Shown piece by piece: positions 34,522-47,942 of a stretch of 64,000 bases of DNA (position 1 is its first letter; each line of letters starts with the position of its first letter). The stretch is taken from the NCBI GenBank assembly GCA_003427395.1, contig BFEA01000036.1:807024-871023 (forward strand). The letters run 5' to 3'. The notes under the pieces are model-generated. The model made no database searches, had not been told where the DNA came from, and was given only the letters and a program-made list of their open reading frames with translations. The translations under genes were made by a program, and so were the position numbers. This DNA comes from Chara braunii (Eukaryota; Plantae; Charophyceae).

Positions 34522-37500
34522 TGTCGGCGCGAATACCCTTACAAGTTTTTGCAAGTGATGGAAATTAGGCTTGGTTTAAAGTTTAAGTATTCCGTGCGAG
34601 GCGTGGTTGCGCCTGTGGCTTATGTTGGCTGGGTGGTTGACTAGAATAAAGAGTATGTGGGCGCGCGGATTTCTGAGGCGCGAGTGATCTTCTTATTTCT
34701 TGATGACTGAAGAGTCGGCGTGATCGATGTGCTTGTCTGTGACCTATGCGTACGTGCGAAGGACGGCATCGACAACAATGTGACTTCTGAAAACGTTTCG
34801 GTAGGTCAGCGCGACGCGCTGTGTCTGTTTATTTAGACGTCCGTCAGAGCTAAACCCAGATTTGGGCCTAGCGCTATTGGTTACGGTATCAGACTTTCGT
34901 CAAGGAGATTTAGGGATCGAGATCAAGCGGCGAAAACATGGGAATATCAGAGTACCGCGAAGGGACTGAGGGGTTGAGGGCCCGGCGGGGCTACCCCCCT
35001 TGGTTTGTCGTCGGCGGCGTTAGGACGGGGCTAACATTTTCGTTTTCCTCGTTCGTCATAGTTTAACGGTTAAAAGTTCTTAATATTTTAAATTATGACG
35101 TATTATTATTTTTGCTTCAGTACCTTTCGACTCAGGCGCGATGCCAGATCTGGAAGTCGTCGAGACGGTCAAGGACCCTCAGCGCGCGCCTCCTTTGGCG
35201 GGCCCGTTTGGGTTTTCGCGTGCTCGTGATATTGATAAAGTTCCTATCTCTGGTCCTCTTGATAATACGAACAGGAGAATCCGATGTGCATGCGAGTCGG
35301 AGGGGTGATTAGCCCACAAGGCGGAGGAAAACATAGTGGCGGGAATCCCTCTGCGGATGCACCGTCCACCAACCACGATCTGTTGTAAGAGGTTCAAGTA
35401 TGAGCATGCTAGTTGAGGCCCGGAAGATGGTGGATCGCGCCCGGTGCAGTAAAGCGAAGCGGTCCGGGGCGTTGTTGGGGGGTCGCTGCAGCACCACGGC
35501 CAGCCGCGGGTCGTAGGGAACCCTTCTCCACTTTAATTTTTCAAAGTTCTTATTTGAATTTTTGCTACTATCGTCGACGGTCGTACCGGGCCCAGTTTAC
35601 CAAGGCCCACTCATAGGCCTTACAGCGGGCCGCGCTCTCAGCTTCGCGGCCAGCTGTCTGAGCGGGAGCTTGCCCATTGGGGGGCCGAGGTGGTGGCGGA
35701 CACTGTCGGAGTGGAGTTAGGCAAGGAAAGACTGTAGCAGGCTGCCCTCGGACCGCAGGCTGAAGAGGCCGGCAGCCGGGGCGAGTGGGGAGCTTAGCGG
35801 GGCAGCGCAGTAAAGGCAAGGCGGAGCAATAGCGCAGGGGGGGAATGGGCGCTAAAAGGCTGAGGCGACGGACGGATACCACGGGCAGCGGGGGGCGGGT
35901 AAACAAGGGGCCGAACCTGGGCGCAAATATGCACCGGATGCATGCGCAGCAAGGGAGGAGGCACGCAGTGATACTGCCCTGCGAATCGTTCGTCAGATTT
36001 GGGCTTAGGGGCGAAAGACTAATCGAACCGGCTAGTAGCCTGACCCTTCCAAAGTTCCTCCTCGGCCTGGCCGGAGCAGTCGGGAAGAGCGCTAGGATAA
36101 GGCATTGACAAGCCAGAGTCGGGGAAAGCAAGGACGGCAGATGCAAAGGAGGAAATGTATCGGGGCGCGCTTTCTCGCCGAGGGCATGCAAAGCAAGGAG
36201 AGGTGCGCAGAGCAAGGGAGAGCTGCTATGGCGGAGGGGAGAGTTATAACTCGCTTATTTTTCATCGGAATCGGGCGGGGAAAGACCTGAAATGGGGGTT
36301 TTGGGGCATGGCGACCTCAAATCTGTAGCCAGATTGGGAAGAGGATGGGTGGAAGACGAGTTAATTGAGAAATAGAGTGCGCGGGGGTGGTCGAAGACGA
36401 AGGGAAGAAGACAAACGGGAGTAAAAGTTGCTAGCACGACCATCCCTCGATAGTTTTTGACAAACAAAGATTCGAAATTGGGGTTTGGAGACGGTGCGAA
36501 TAAATTGGTGAGGTCGATTTGGCCTTTAAGTTAGTAAAATAGAAGTTAGTAGGGAAAATTCAGTGTGCCAAAGTGAAGAGATGGGGGTGGTGAAAATGGG
36601 AGCGATGGGGATGAAGATCGGACAGCCCGCTCGTTTTAGGATGGAAACGAGCAAGTGAAGGTGGGGCTCTGAGGCTCTTAGGCAAGGCGAATCCGAGTGT
36701 ATACTTAGATCTAGCGAATGGTTGGTGGGATAGAAGTTAATGAGGAAAGGAGATGTGTGAGGAGTAGCAGGATATGAAAAAGAATGAACCTACCTGAATT
36801 TTGGCAGAAGGTTCATTCTGATTATTGCTCATCCGAATGATGGGAAGGGTGTGAGGGCAGCTGCAAGGTTAGAAACTTACCTGATCGACTGGTGCGTTGT
36901 TCACTTCGGCGACGAGAGTAGCCGTAGCGTAGCGGTAGTGGCAGCCACCGTTGCCATAACTATAGAGGTAGCGCAGAGTGGGTGTATGGGGAGGGAAGTG
37001 CGCGGAATGTTCAGGGAGATACTTAGCTGCGTGTGAATAGAGGGAGAGAGGAGGAAGAAATACCACTCACTAAAAACCGGTAGAGCAGCAACAATCGAGG
37101 GTCGAATTTACTGTGTCAGATTGTGCACAACAGGGGATGACGCATTTATCCACGCTCCAACAAAGGATTCATTCCGAGTTTCTTCACCTGTAGACTAAAG
37201 CGGTGGGGAATAACTATGAAGTTTGAGTCTTACCTATTGGCCGGGGTTGATACCCGTTTCGCCATACGGAGTAGCGAGGAGTGAGCAGGCCTCGTCGGAC
37301 GAGCTGTTTGCGTTCAATTAAGCCAGCAACCAGGCCGCTGTCAGACGAGCCAGCAGGCGCAGGTATTTGGGGTCCGAGGTGCAGGCCTGTGTGGCCACCT
37401 GATCGAAGGGGAAGCAGCAAGGGTAGCAGAACACAGCCAGCTCGTTGTGTTATGCTCTAAGGTATTTATCTGAGGAGCATATTTGTTGTTAAACACATTG

Positions 37501-40500
37501 CGGGCAGTCCCTGAAAGAAGTGAAACCGGAGAACAGATGGGCGCAGCGTTGATTGAGACAGTGCAGCAACACTGTTGTCGTTGTGTGTCATGACCAACTG
37601 ATGCGGACTTGTGTTCGAACTGTGTCCCAAGTTGCCATATCGTAAGACTGTGAGTTCGGGCCAGTTGGTGTATCTCCGGGCTGCATGCATATGAAGAGGG
37701 GGGGTCATACCTGGGTTGGTGGAAGTCGGCAGGGTTGGCAGCCTGCGAGGTGGGCAGTCTGCGGGGCCGGCGGTCTGCAAACTTGGCACAGGCATACGCT
37801 ACGGTTGCTGCTGCGGAGATTGATTACTGTAGCTGTTGTTGGGCGCTAGCTGGGGGCGCAGACGTAGTGCAGGGAGAGTGGTTGAACTGCAAGGAGGGGT
37901 GGTACTGCGAGTTGAGAGGTCGCCAGGGAGTTGACGTCGACAGTATGACTGAAGTTTGACCAAGCTGTTGTTACCTGGTCATTATTGCGAGGCCATCAGG
38001 CGCTCGAAGATAACAAGGCTCTCTCACGCGAGTCTGAGAGCACCCTTCTTGTATATGAGCGACTCAAACTTCCTTTGTCTACCCTTCTTACTCTAAGTCT
38101 AGTCTATTGGTTCTGAGAGGAAGGCGGCAGGCGGGATTGCAACCCGTAGGACCGCAGCAAGACTTTGTGGGGAGTCAACCCACCGATTGAGGGAGCTCTT
38201 CCGGAACTCAGGAGGAGTTGTGGAGGCAGGGAACTGAAAGGTAACCATTGCTTTCTCACTATAAACCCAGATTATAGCCCTATCTGTACTGCCTGTTGTG
38301 TTTTTAACTGAGTATATGGCATGCATCCCTACTTTGACTTTTTGGTTTGACTTTCAGGACTTAAACCAGATTAAGTAAAGGAATGTATGTGCAATCTCAG
38401 TTTCAATCTTTGTTGATTGTGTGAAAGCAGACTGCTTAAAAAGATTGCATATGGGGAAGGGCAGGATGGGAAGCAGTTTTTGCATGGGGTTTGACTGGGT
38501 CATTAAGGTTGGGAGGTCCCCATAAGTTTGGGGAGACCCGGTGCTATACTTTATTTTGGATTGTGTGGAGCGTCGGACCGTTCTATAAGTTTAGGTGGTC
38601 TGATTGCTCTTGAGGATGGAAAGTCCCCATAAGTTTGGGGAGGTCTAGTGTTGTGAATTTGCATTTAGAATCGGATCATTCTATAAGTTTAGGTGATCTG
38701 GTTGCTCTGACTTGTGAAGGCTACTTGTGATCGACTTTTTTTCAGGGGCCAAGTGCGTTCTGTAAATTCAGGTGCCTTGGTTGCCTTGGTTATTTTGGGT
38801 TTTTCTCTGTTTTATTTGGTTCTGAATGAGGAGGTCTGAGTCATTCTATAAGTTTAGGTGGTTCATCCTCTCTCTGTATTATTTTGAGAAAGTAAACTTG
38901 ACAAACGGCAGGTCGTTTTGTAAGTTCAGGTGGTCTAGCCCAATGTCACGCACAACTTGGATCAGAGAGGAACGAATCAGGCAGAGAGTCAGACTGTTCT
39001 GTAAGTTCAGGTGGTCTGACTCAAAGCCCGCACATGTTGGAACCTAAGCTTATAATTTGGCTATATTTTATTATTATTTTATCTATAAACGAGCTAATCA
39101 GACCATTCTATAAGTTTAGGTGGTCTGACTATAGTCTATCACAACCTGAAGGGAGTATAACTAAGAGTATAACTGAAGGTAATTTGGGTCGGCTGAGCAT
39201 TATTTCTAAGATGAATGGCTCAGTCTTACGCCCACCTTGAAGATTAAGTTCATATATAATCTGAAGGTAACTGGGGCGGCTAGGATGGCCTAGTCATATG
39301 CCCAAGGAAGAGAAAAGTTGTTGTGCCCTATGTTTGTGTATACTTTGACTAAGTAGGCTCATTCCATAAGTTTGGGTGGTCAGACTTTATGCCTGGCTAA
39401 GTAAGGTACATTCCATAAGTTTGGGTGTCCTGACCTTGTGCCTTATGTAAGCTGGGTATAAGGGGATAAAGCATTGAAAGATCATGAACTATTGTTTGTT
39501 CAGGTATACTTTGGGATGACGATAGTACTTACCTTTGTGGTTTGGCCTGCATGTGACTGAGTGAGGCTACTACTTGGTCTGAGTTTCAGTTTGACAGGTA
39601 GTTATTGTAGTTGCTCTCCACGTGCTAAAGCGATAAGAGTTAGTTCAAATTCTGCATTTTCTGAGCTAAGTTTTTTTACTTAGATCAATTCTCGCATTTT
39701 CTGGGATTTTTTGTTATACTTGGTTTTGTATAAATTTTAGTAAGCTAATTTCTCTACGGGAAGCGCTGCTGAAATTTCTACAAATCTAGGGAGTTAGTCA
39801 ATTCTTGACTTTTCAAAGTTTAACTTGTTTAAAGTTCATAAATGGCTTAGTAAAAATTTGGAAAGTCTCATTTTCTAAAGGGAGTGCTACCCAAATTTTT
39901 GCTAATTCGGGGAATTAGACAAAATTGAACTTTGAAAAGTCAAAGACTATTTCTGTTTTCATATTAAGGCTGATATAAATTCTGGAAAGACACTTTTCCT
40001 ACGGGAAGCGCTGCCGAAATTTTCTTAGTTTAAAAGGAGATAGAGTATATTTTGACAGGTGGCGATTCTGGCGATCCACTCTGTATAGGGGAGATTATGC
40101 CAGGGTCTACCTTTGCTTTGGGCACTGCTTAAAGGTAGATNNNNNNNNNNNNNNNNNNNNNNNNNNNNNNNNNNNNNNNNNNNNNNNNNNNNNNNNNNNN
40201 NNNNNNNNNNNNNNNTATATTTTGACAGGTGGCGATTCTGGCGATCCACTCTGTATAGGGGAGATTATGCCAGGGTCTACCTTTGCTTTGGGCACTGCTT
40301 AAAGGTAGATTCAGGCTTAGTCAAATAGGATGATTTGAGTGGGATTGTGATATGAAGATTATTCTCCATGAACTTATAGACTTAGCTTGGGATTGGTCTG
40401 TCTTGTGTTACAGGTCCTCTTGATCGTTTGATTCAAGACTTGAGTTAGATTCAACTTGATCCTACAAGGATCACATTCTGTTATCACTGATAACAAGTCG

Positions 40501-41963
40501 GTTGTCGATTCGTCGATTTGTGATTCAACTCTAATTCACTCTCGCTACTCAACCTAAAGGCTTCAGCCCTGTGGTTTAAATTGTTTCATTGTGTTTTTAC
40601 CCGGACTTTATTGAATGGTCATTTAACTAAAGTACTGAGTATTTATTTTGGGGAGTTGCACAAGAGTGAGGTTTGTATGGCTAAAGCAAGGGGTATGAGC
40701 ATAGAGAATGGTTGAAGTTGATCCCGTGTAGTGCGTGAATTTTGTTGAATCCTTGATGTGATTGCAGGTATGTTTGTGGTTCGGACTCTGGATGTGACTG
40801 TCTGCGATTACATATATATATATATGGCTGAGAGGAGTCTCACTGTGGCTGTGAGAAGTGATCGTCCTACATAAATAAACCTTACGTATATATTTATATG
40901 TGCCTTGGGTATGTGCGTGGCTTACTGTGGTAATGCGCAAGGGTTAGCCAGATTATGGTTTGAGAGAGAAGGAAGACCCTCTTTATTCTTTGCTTTTTAG
41001 GATTTTATGGTTGGACGTTGTAGTCTGTGGCAACCGTCAAAGTCAACCCCCTTGATTTATGTCCAGGTCTTGAGTGGGGCTCATCTTTAGGGCAGTAAGA
41101 AACGACTGTCACCACCGTGACAGGTATGGACCTGGGTACCACTCACTCTGCACATGGTGCAGAAGAGGGTGTGTTTTCTTCAACCGCGCATGGCGGTTGT
41201 CCAGCATCGAGAGATTAACCCTCAAAGCGCGTGTCAGTCGACACTTGAGTGTCGAACGCGACCCTCGAGATTAACGAGGATCTCGTGAGTATGGGTACTA
41301 CATAGTACGCCACCATTGCAACTGCTTGCGTGCGTTTGCATTGCTAGTCGATATGAGAAGGCTCTGCGTCCGCGAGGTTTTATACTAAGTCTCGCGTGTG
41401 ACGCTTATCCGATTTCCGCATCGGAAAGTTATGGGTTGGCTACCGAGGGACTAGGAGTGCTGTCACGTTGTTTAAGGTGTGTGCGTGTGTTTTATTTTTG
41501 TGTTCGACGTGTGGTGTATGCGTGGTAAGTGGGATACGTCCAAGTCGACTGACGACGGGCCGCGCTTGGGACTTCAGCCCCCCAAGTTGACGGTTCTCGT
41601 GCGGGTCCGGTAGAGGCGTATTACCGCGCGTACCCCCTATGCTACAACGAACGAGAAACGCCCTCGGCTGATCCACCTTTACGATTGCAACTGATTAGCT
41701 TTCGTAATGTGGACTAGTAACTCGGAGGGGATACGCCCACTGAAGGGAGGTGACAGCTCCCGTAAGGTGGAGGTAAGTCGTGCCTCGCGTACGCCCTATC
41801 CTGACGTAGGGGCTCACGGGAGGTATGGCTGGCGCACTCGGACGGAGCGGCTTGCGGAAGCTCCATGTATTCTCGCGGCGAAGGATTAAAACCAACTCCT
41901 GCGTGACGCAGTCGGGAGGGTCCCGCGCTGCCCTGGTGCGGTGCTGGACCAATGTGCTCGACA
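34522..41963 (+). mobile_element. Giant non-coding TGTCG...CGACA element, copy B (spans an assembly gap)
   Basis: Same termini and internal blocks as copy A. TSD TCGT/TCGG. Confidence 0.88.
38508..39437 (+). repeat. Hairpin array (11 units), core TTCYRTAAGTTYRGGTG
   Basis: Orthologous to the copy A array, with one extra terminal unit. Confidence 0.88.
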
Positions 41964-42059
41964 TCGGGAGGGAGTTGCGTTATGCCATCTTGCTCCACGC
42001 TCATCCTCCATCTCCATCTTTATCCCAGGCGGAACACCACACCTGGTGGGTCCGCCTCA

Positions 42060-42601
42060 CCCTGTCGGTCGAATTGTTTATTTGAGTTTTCACCCAGACG
42101 TTTATGAAATGAGAATTTAAAAATGACTGAGTGCTTTCTTTTTGAAAGGTTGGACAAAGGTTGAGGCTTGCATGAATAAGGCAACGGGTATGAATGTAAA
42201 GAGTGTTGAAGTTGACCCCGTTTAGTGGGTGCTTCGTTGAAGTTGAACTTATGTGTGATTACAAGTACGTTTGTGATTCAAACTTTTGATTTGACTGGTA
42301 TGCGATTGTTTGCATATTTGGAAGGAAGTCACATTGTGATTGTAAGAGTGATCGCCTCGTATTCGAAACCCCAGTATGATTAATTTGTGTATTCAAGCGG
42401 TTTGGATAACCATGTATGAGGGTTGAGCGATTTGGGCTGAGAAAAAAAAGAGGTTCTCTTGAATTTCTTGTTAAGTTTTATAGTTAGACGTTGATGTGTG
42501 TGGCGACTGTAAAAAAACAAACCCCTTGATATGTTTCAAGGCCTCCAAAGGTGGGACGCCTCCCTACAAACCAAGGGCGTTCTGCCACCACAAAAGGTCA
42601 T
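42060..42601 (+). mobile_element. Fragment of an older family member (continues at 50426-~50585 after copy C)
   Basis: Aligns with 28525-29085 of copy A. The rejoined site AGGTCGTAGCCTGGTTACC has the same spacing as AGGTATGGACCTGGGTACC in copy B. Confidence 0.75.
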
Positions 42602-44349
42602 TGTCGGTGTGAATGCCCTTACAAGGGTATCCACCCTGGTTTTTGCAAGTGACAGAAAATAAGTTTGGTCTAAAGTTTGAGTATACTGCGTGAGACGCGG
42701 TAGCGTCTGAGGTTTACGTTGGCTGAATGGTTGACTAGAGTAGGGAGCGTGTGGGCGCGCGGACTTGAGGCGCACGTTATCTTTTTATTTTGTTGACGAT
42801 TGAAGAGCTAGCGTGATCGTGGGCCCAATTTTTATTTTTGATTAAACTAAAGATTAAAAAGATTATGCCTCTAGATTGGTGCGCTTGCTTGTGATTTGCC
42901 CGTACATGCGGAGGACGACGTCGACGGCGACATGGTTCGGTATAGTTGCGCGATGGGCACGAAAAGTTAATGACCGGGAGTTTGGTTGATAGGCCGATGT
43001 GTGGGTTTGAAACGTTTCAGCAGATTCGTGTGTCTCATTGTATCCGCTTATTTAGGTGTTCGTCAATACTATACCTTGCCTGGGGCCTAGCACTATTGGT
43101 TACGGTGTTAGACTTTTATCCACGAGACTCAGAGATTGAGACCAGTTGGCGACAACGAAGGAGTATTGGAGCAGCGAGGAGGAGCCTAGGGATTGAGGAC
43201 CCGGTGGGGCTATCCCCTTTGGCTTTGACGTCAGCGGAGTCGGAGCGGTCCTAGCTGTTCTTTTTTCTCGCCCGTCATTTCTCTAACGATTAATTTTTTT
43301 ATAGATATTCTATTATTTTTATCGTATTATTATTATTATTTATGCTTCGACGTTCCTTGAAGCGGATGCAACACCGGATTTAGGGGCCGTCACGGCGGTC
43401 AATGACCTTGAGAGCGTGCAACTCCTTTGGTTGACGTACGGGTTCCTGCATGTTCGGGATGCTGGCAAAATTCCTCTATCATGCCGTCATCAAAAGCATG
43501 GGCCAAGGAGTTCAACGTGCATATAAGCAAGTAGGTGATTGAGTTTACAAAGCAAAAAAAAACTGAGTAGCGGGGGTTTTTCGAGGGCGCGCTACCCGTC
43601 GCGCTACTGGTGGTAGTGATGAGTTTAAGTGTGGGTGTGCCGATAGGGCGCGAAAGCTGGTGAACTGTGCTTAGGCAGGGTAGTATAAGACGCAATAGCG
43701 CAGGTTGCAGGCTGTATGCTGGCGGAACTCCTCCACCCTGGCGCTCAAGGTTTTTTTACCTTGATATCTGTGACAACCATCAAAGTCTGCAGCTGGTCAA
43801 ATACTCCCAACTCCGTAACCACGGCCTGTGTGGAAGACTGACCGTTAGAAACCCGAAAAAGAGGGGGGCCCTGCCTTGGCAAAGCGATCAGAGGAGGTCA
43901 GCGGAGGGTTGCAAGCGGCCCAGATGTGCACACCGCTTGTTGGGTTTAATATAGGAACAAAAATGACTGATCGGGCCGCCCACCGGCTGACTCCCTCTGT
44001 AATCCCTCGCTGAGCTATTGACCGGTCCTACTGTTAGGCTGTGTGACTGAGCGCTACGACAGAGGCAAAGACAACAGCGGACACAAGGTAAGAAAAAGAA
44101 GGAGTGAATTAGGACGATGAGTCACGCCGGGTACATACAGAAAGGGAACGGACTATGGCGAAAACAAGCGTAGCCGGGAAGGAGTAAAAAGCGCAAAACC
44201 CGCCCGATCCTTGATGGAAATGGGCGGGTAAAGAGGTTAATTCAAGCTTCTTCGGTGGGGCGAATTCGTTTATAATGTTAGAATAGTAAAGGAATTAGTA
44301 TCGGGAGAGGTTAGTGGGAAAAAGTGCACAAGCGATTATCGGGTAGCTG

Positions 44350-44750
44350 AAAATTCTGAAATGAAAATTCTGAAGTGAGAGTTTTTGGCCGTCTGAAAAT
44401 CCTGGTCCTGAAGTGGTGAAAGACCACCTGTTTAAGCAGGCTGCAACCTGAAGTGGTGAAGGGTGTTCTGAAATGGTCAAGTGAGAGTTTTGGGCAGTCT
44501 GAAAATCCTGAATGGTCCTGAAGCGGTGAAAGGTCCGAAGACCATGAAAACCACCCTTCACCACTTGAGGATGCAGCCTGCCTAAACAGGTGGTTTTCAG
44601 GGTCTTCAGGGTTTTCACCACTTCGGACCATTCAAGATTTTCATACCTGAATGGTCCTGAAGTGGTGAAAGGTCCGAAGACCCTGAAAACCACCTGTTTA
44701 GACAGACTGCATCCTGAAGTTGTGAAGGGTGTCCTGAAGTGGTGATGAAA
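44350..44750. repeat. Direct-inverted-direct repeat insertion (CCTGAAGTGGTGAA units) unique to copy C
   Basis: 44545-44640 is the reverse complement of the units at 44400-44470 and 44648-44745. Confidence 0.75.
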
Positions 44751-47202
44751 AATACGACTGTTGTTAACCTTCTTTCAAAAAGTGTGCGAGGAGATATGGC
44801 GATGGAGGGAAGAAGAAGAAGGAAATGAGTATGTCTCGCTCAATTTTTAGTGGATTCGAAGGAGGGAAAAACCTACGTAGGAATTTTAGAGTCGGGCGAA
44901 TCCGTTTCTGAGGTTAGTTTTGGCAAAATGTTAATGGTATAGGAGTTAAAAAAGAAAAGTAATGCGAGGTAGTACAGCGATGACATAGCTAAGAGGGAGT
45001 ATGGTAGGACGAAGAATTAGAGTTTTCGCCCGATCCTTGATAGAATCGGGCGGGCCAAGGAGCAGAATCAAGGTTTTGAAGTACCGCAAACCGAATGGCG
45101 CGGTAAGAAATTGTGGAAAGATAATGGGTTTTCTGGTATAAGGATTACAGGCTGCGCAAAATGTAAACACGACATGACGGGAAAGGGAGAATTGAGGGGA
45201 GAGATCGGGCCATCATGGCCACGAATCAAAGGACGGACTACTTTGTCGGGCCTCGCGCTAACTAGATACGGGCGAAGGCATCTTTCTACGATCTACTGAA
45301 GAACTCGTTTTGATTTCGCTCGTCCTAACGGTAGAAGTAGCATTCCTCTATCATTCTCCGCACGTGGTTGAAAAAGGATGTATACTTCCACGTTTTGGCA
45401 GAAGAGCCATTCGATTTTACTCGCCGTTTTTGTGAAGAGTGTTGCTGGCGGGCAGCGGGGTTGGAGACTTACATGTTGGTCGGTGCCTTGTCTATCCTTA
45501 CGATGGGAGCGGTCGGATGGGTAGGATAGAAGGTAGTTGTTAGGGGAAGAGAAGAGAAAACTTACCTGGTAGAAGCAGGACAACGGCAATAGTGTATATT
45601 TTTATGTTTGAGAAGGGCGTCCATTAGATTTTCGTCCCTTCGAAATAGTGAAAGCAACCTCTCTTTGAATCTATGGGCGCGGCAGCAACTGAGAGCTCCG
45701 TAGTCCATGTTTGCTTGACCGGGACGTATAAGTGATCAAGGAGGCCGCATGAAACAGTCTAGTCGGTAATGGATGTAGGGGGAGCTTCTGCGTATCCGGC
45801 ATGCCGGGAGAGTACATTTATCCTGCCCATTTCGAAGTAAGGGTCAAGGAGCTCAGTGTGGGTACGGGCCGGCGGACGTCTCAGCCACGAGGAAAGAGGC
45901 TTTGATACGAGAGGGAGAAAGTTTACCTTGAAAGTTGAGCCAGCGATACAGAACAGACAGAGAGTCGGGTTACAATGTCGAACAGCAGAAGGCAAGCGGT
46001 GGGCTAACCGTGCGTGTATCTACCTATGCTTCAAGGAAAAGATTCACTTTTGTTTACACAGTTAGTCGGACGCAGCTTGAACACGGAAGGGGGAGTGAGA
46101 GTCGAACTTGCCTTTATTGTTGTTTGTGATCATCTGAGGTAAGTCTCGACTACTTATGTAAACAGTTGCGACAGACTGCGTCAGATCCCGCGGTCAGCCC
46201 ACACTCAGCCGTTCACTTGGCCATTCAAACTGGTCCGCCAAGGGGAGACTTGCCGGAAAGGAACGGATCAGTGAAGACAGGCAGGGGCTACTGTTGTTCC
46301 ACCAAGCAAGTGGTTACTGAGCTATTGCCCACTAAGCAGTCGCAAAGAGCTGTCGGATTAGGCTTCGGATGTGCTATGTATTTCTGCAGTATATTGCTAC
46401 CATTCCTTTCTGTACGGCGGTTGCAGGTTTTCCCTACCGCATTGAGTTGTTATAGTCATACTCGAATAGAGCACAGGGAAATGCTCTATTCGAAGAGCAG
46501 TCTTCTTAGGTTGTGTAACTGCGACTTGGACGGGAGAGGCGGCACCGTGGCTTGTGGTAATGATCACGTGGTTGCGAGGGAGTTTATTGCTGCAAATCAA
46601 GAGTATTGTTATAAATTGGACAGTTGACGGAGAGTCATCAGTTAGCATTTTGGCTTCAGGTTGGCCAAGCAGCTACGAATTTGGTCGCGATTGCGGGGCC
46701 CTCAGGCGCATGAAGACAACAAGGTCCTCTCCTGCGAGTTGAGTTTGTTTCTCTCTTGTATCTCGAGCGTATGAAACCTCTCCTTCTACTCTTCTTACTC
46801 CAAGTCTAGTTCTGTTATGAGGGGAAGGCGGCAGGCGGGATTGCAACCCGTAGGACCGCAACAAGACTCTGTGGGGACTCAGCGCACCGATTGCGGGAGC
46901 TCTGCCGGAACTCGAGAGGAGTTCTGAAGGTAGGGCACTTAGAGGTAACAGTCTCATCCTCCTTTTATAAACCCAGTTATAACCCATATTCATACTTTTT
47001 GCTATGGTTGACTGAGTATAGTGTGTGCACCACTACGTCGACTTTCAATTTGACTTTCAGGACATGATTCACACTTAAATAAAAGAATGCATGTATAAAG
47101 CCAGTTTCAATTTATTGTTTGACTGAAAGCAGATTGTGGGATTGCTTCTGGGGAAGGATGGGAGGAAGGTAGTTTTGCTTGTGCCTGACTGGGTCTATTA
47201 AA

Positions 47203-47942
47203 GGTTGGGCAAGTCTCCATAAGTTTGGGGAGGTCCAGTGCTGTGTTTATTTTTGAGTTGCCCGGAGAACCAGACATGTTCTATAAGTTTGGGTGGTCTC
47301 GTTGCTCTGACTGGCGAGGGTTATCTGTGGTTGACCTTTTGGGGGCCAAGCACTGTCCCGTAACATGAAGTTTGGGTGGCTTGGTTGCCTTTGTTATTTT
47401 GGTTTTTCTCAGTTTCTTTTGGTTTTGAACGAGGAGGTCTGAGCATGTTCCATAAGTTTGGGTGGCTCAACCTCTTTCTGCTTTACCATTAAAAGAATGA
47501 ATCGGGCAGAGGACCAGATATGTTCCATAAGTTTGGGTGGTCTTGGTCCAATGTCACACACATGCTAGAACCACAAGGTTATAATTTGACTATATTTTAC
47601 TACTACTTTATCTTCGAACAGGTTAGTCAGACATTGTTCCATAAGTTTGGGTGGTCTGACTATAGCTTATCACAAACTGAAGAGAGTATCAATTAAGAGT
47701 AAACTTGTGGTAATAAGGGGCATGTTGAACCTCGAGCTAAGATGATCGGTTCAGTCATATGCTACATTACAAGATTAAGTACAGACAATTATATATAACT
47801 TAGATACTTAAACAGTTCAGGGCGACTAGGATGGATAACCTAGTCATACGTCCAAGGAAGATAAAAGTTGTTGTGCCCTTTGTTTGTGTATATTCAATGG
47901 GTAAGCTAGACATGTTCTATAAGTTTGGGTGGTCTAACGTTA
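47203..47942 (+). repeat. Hairpin array (7 units), core ATGTTCCATAAGTTTGGGTG
   Basis: For example TAGTCAGAC-ATTGTTCCATAAGTTTGGGTG-GTCTGACTA and GGACCAGAT-…-GTCTTGGTCC. Confidence 0.88.

Larger units (their letters stand above)
33145..42059 (+). mobile_element. Chromovirus 3' UTR and 3' LTR, interrupted by giant copy B; LTR ends …GGTCCGCCTCA at 42059
   Basis: Non-coding sequence after pol with short internal repeats (33870-34110, 34335-34445). It resumes at 41964 and ends in CA just before family sequence resumes at 42060. LTR 5' boundary not resolved. Confidence 0.55.

Noticed and set aside
40046-40310. Exact ~95-bp duplication either side of the N gap
   Set aside because: Identical sequence flanking a scaffold gap and single in other copies: an unmerged contig overlap.
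22512-41963. Copies A and B as the paired LTRs of the chromovirus pol between them
   Set aside because: Each has its own target duplication and their interiors are highly diverged. The pol is interrupted by copy 0 and has its own 3' end at 42059.
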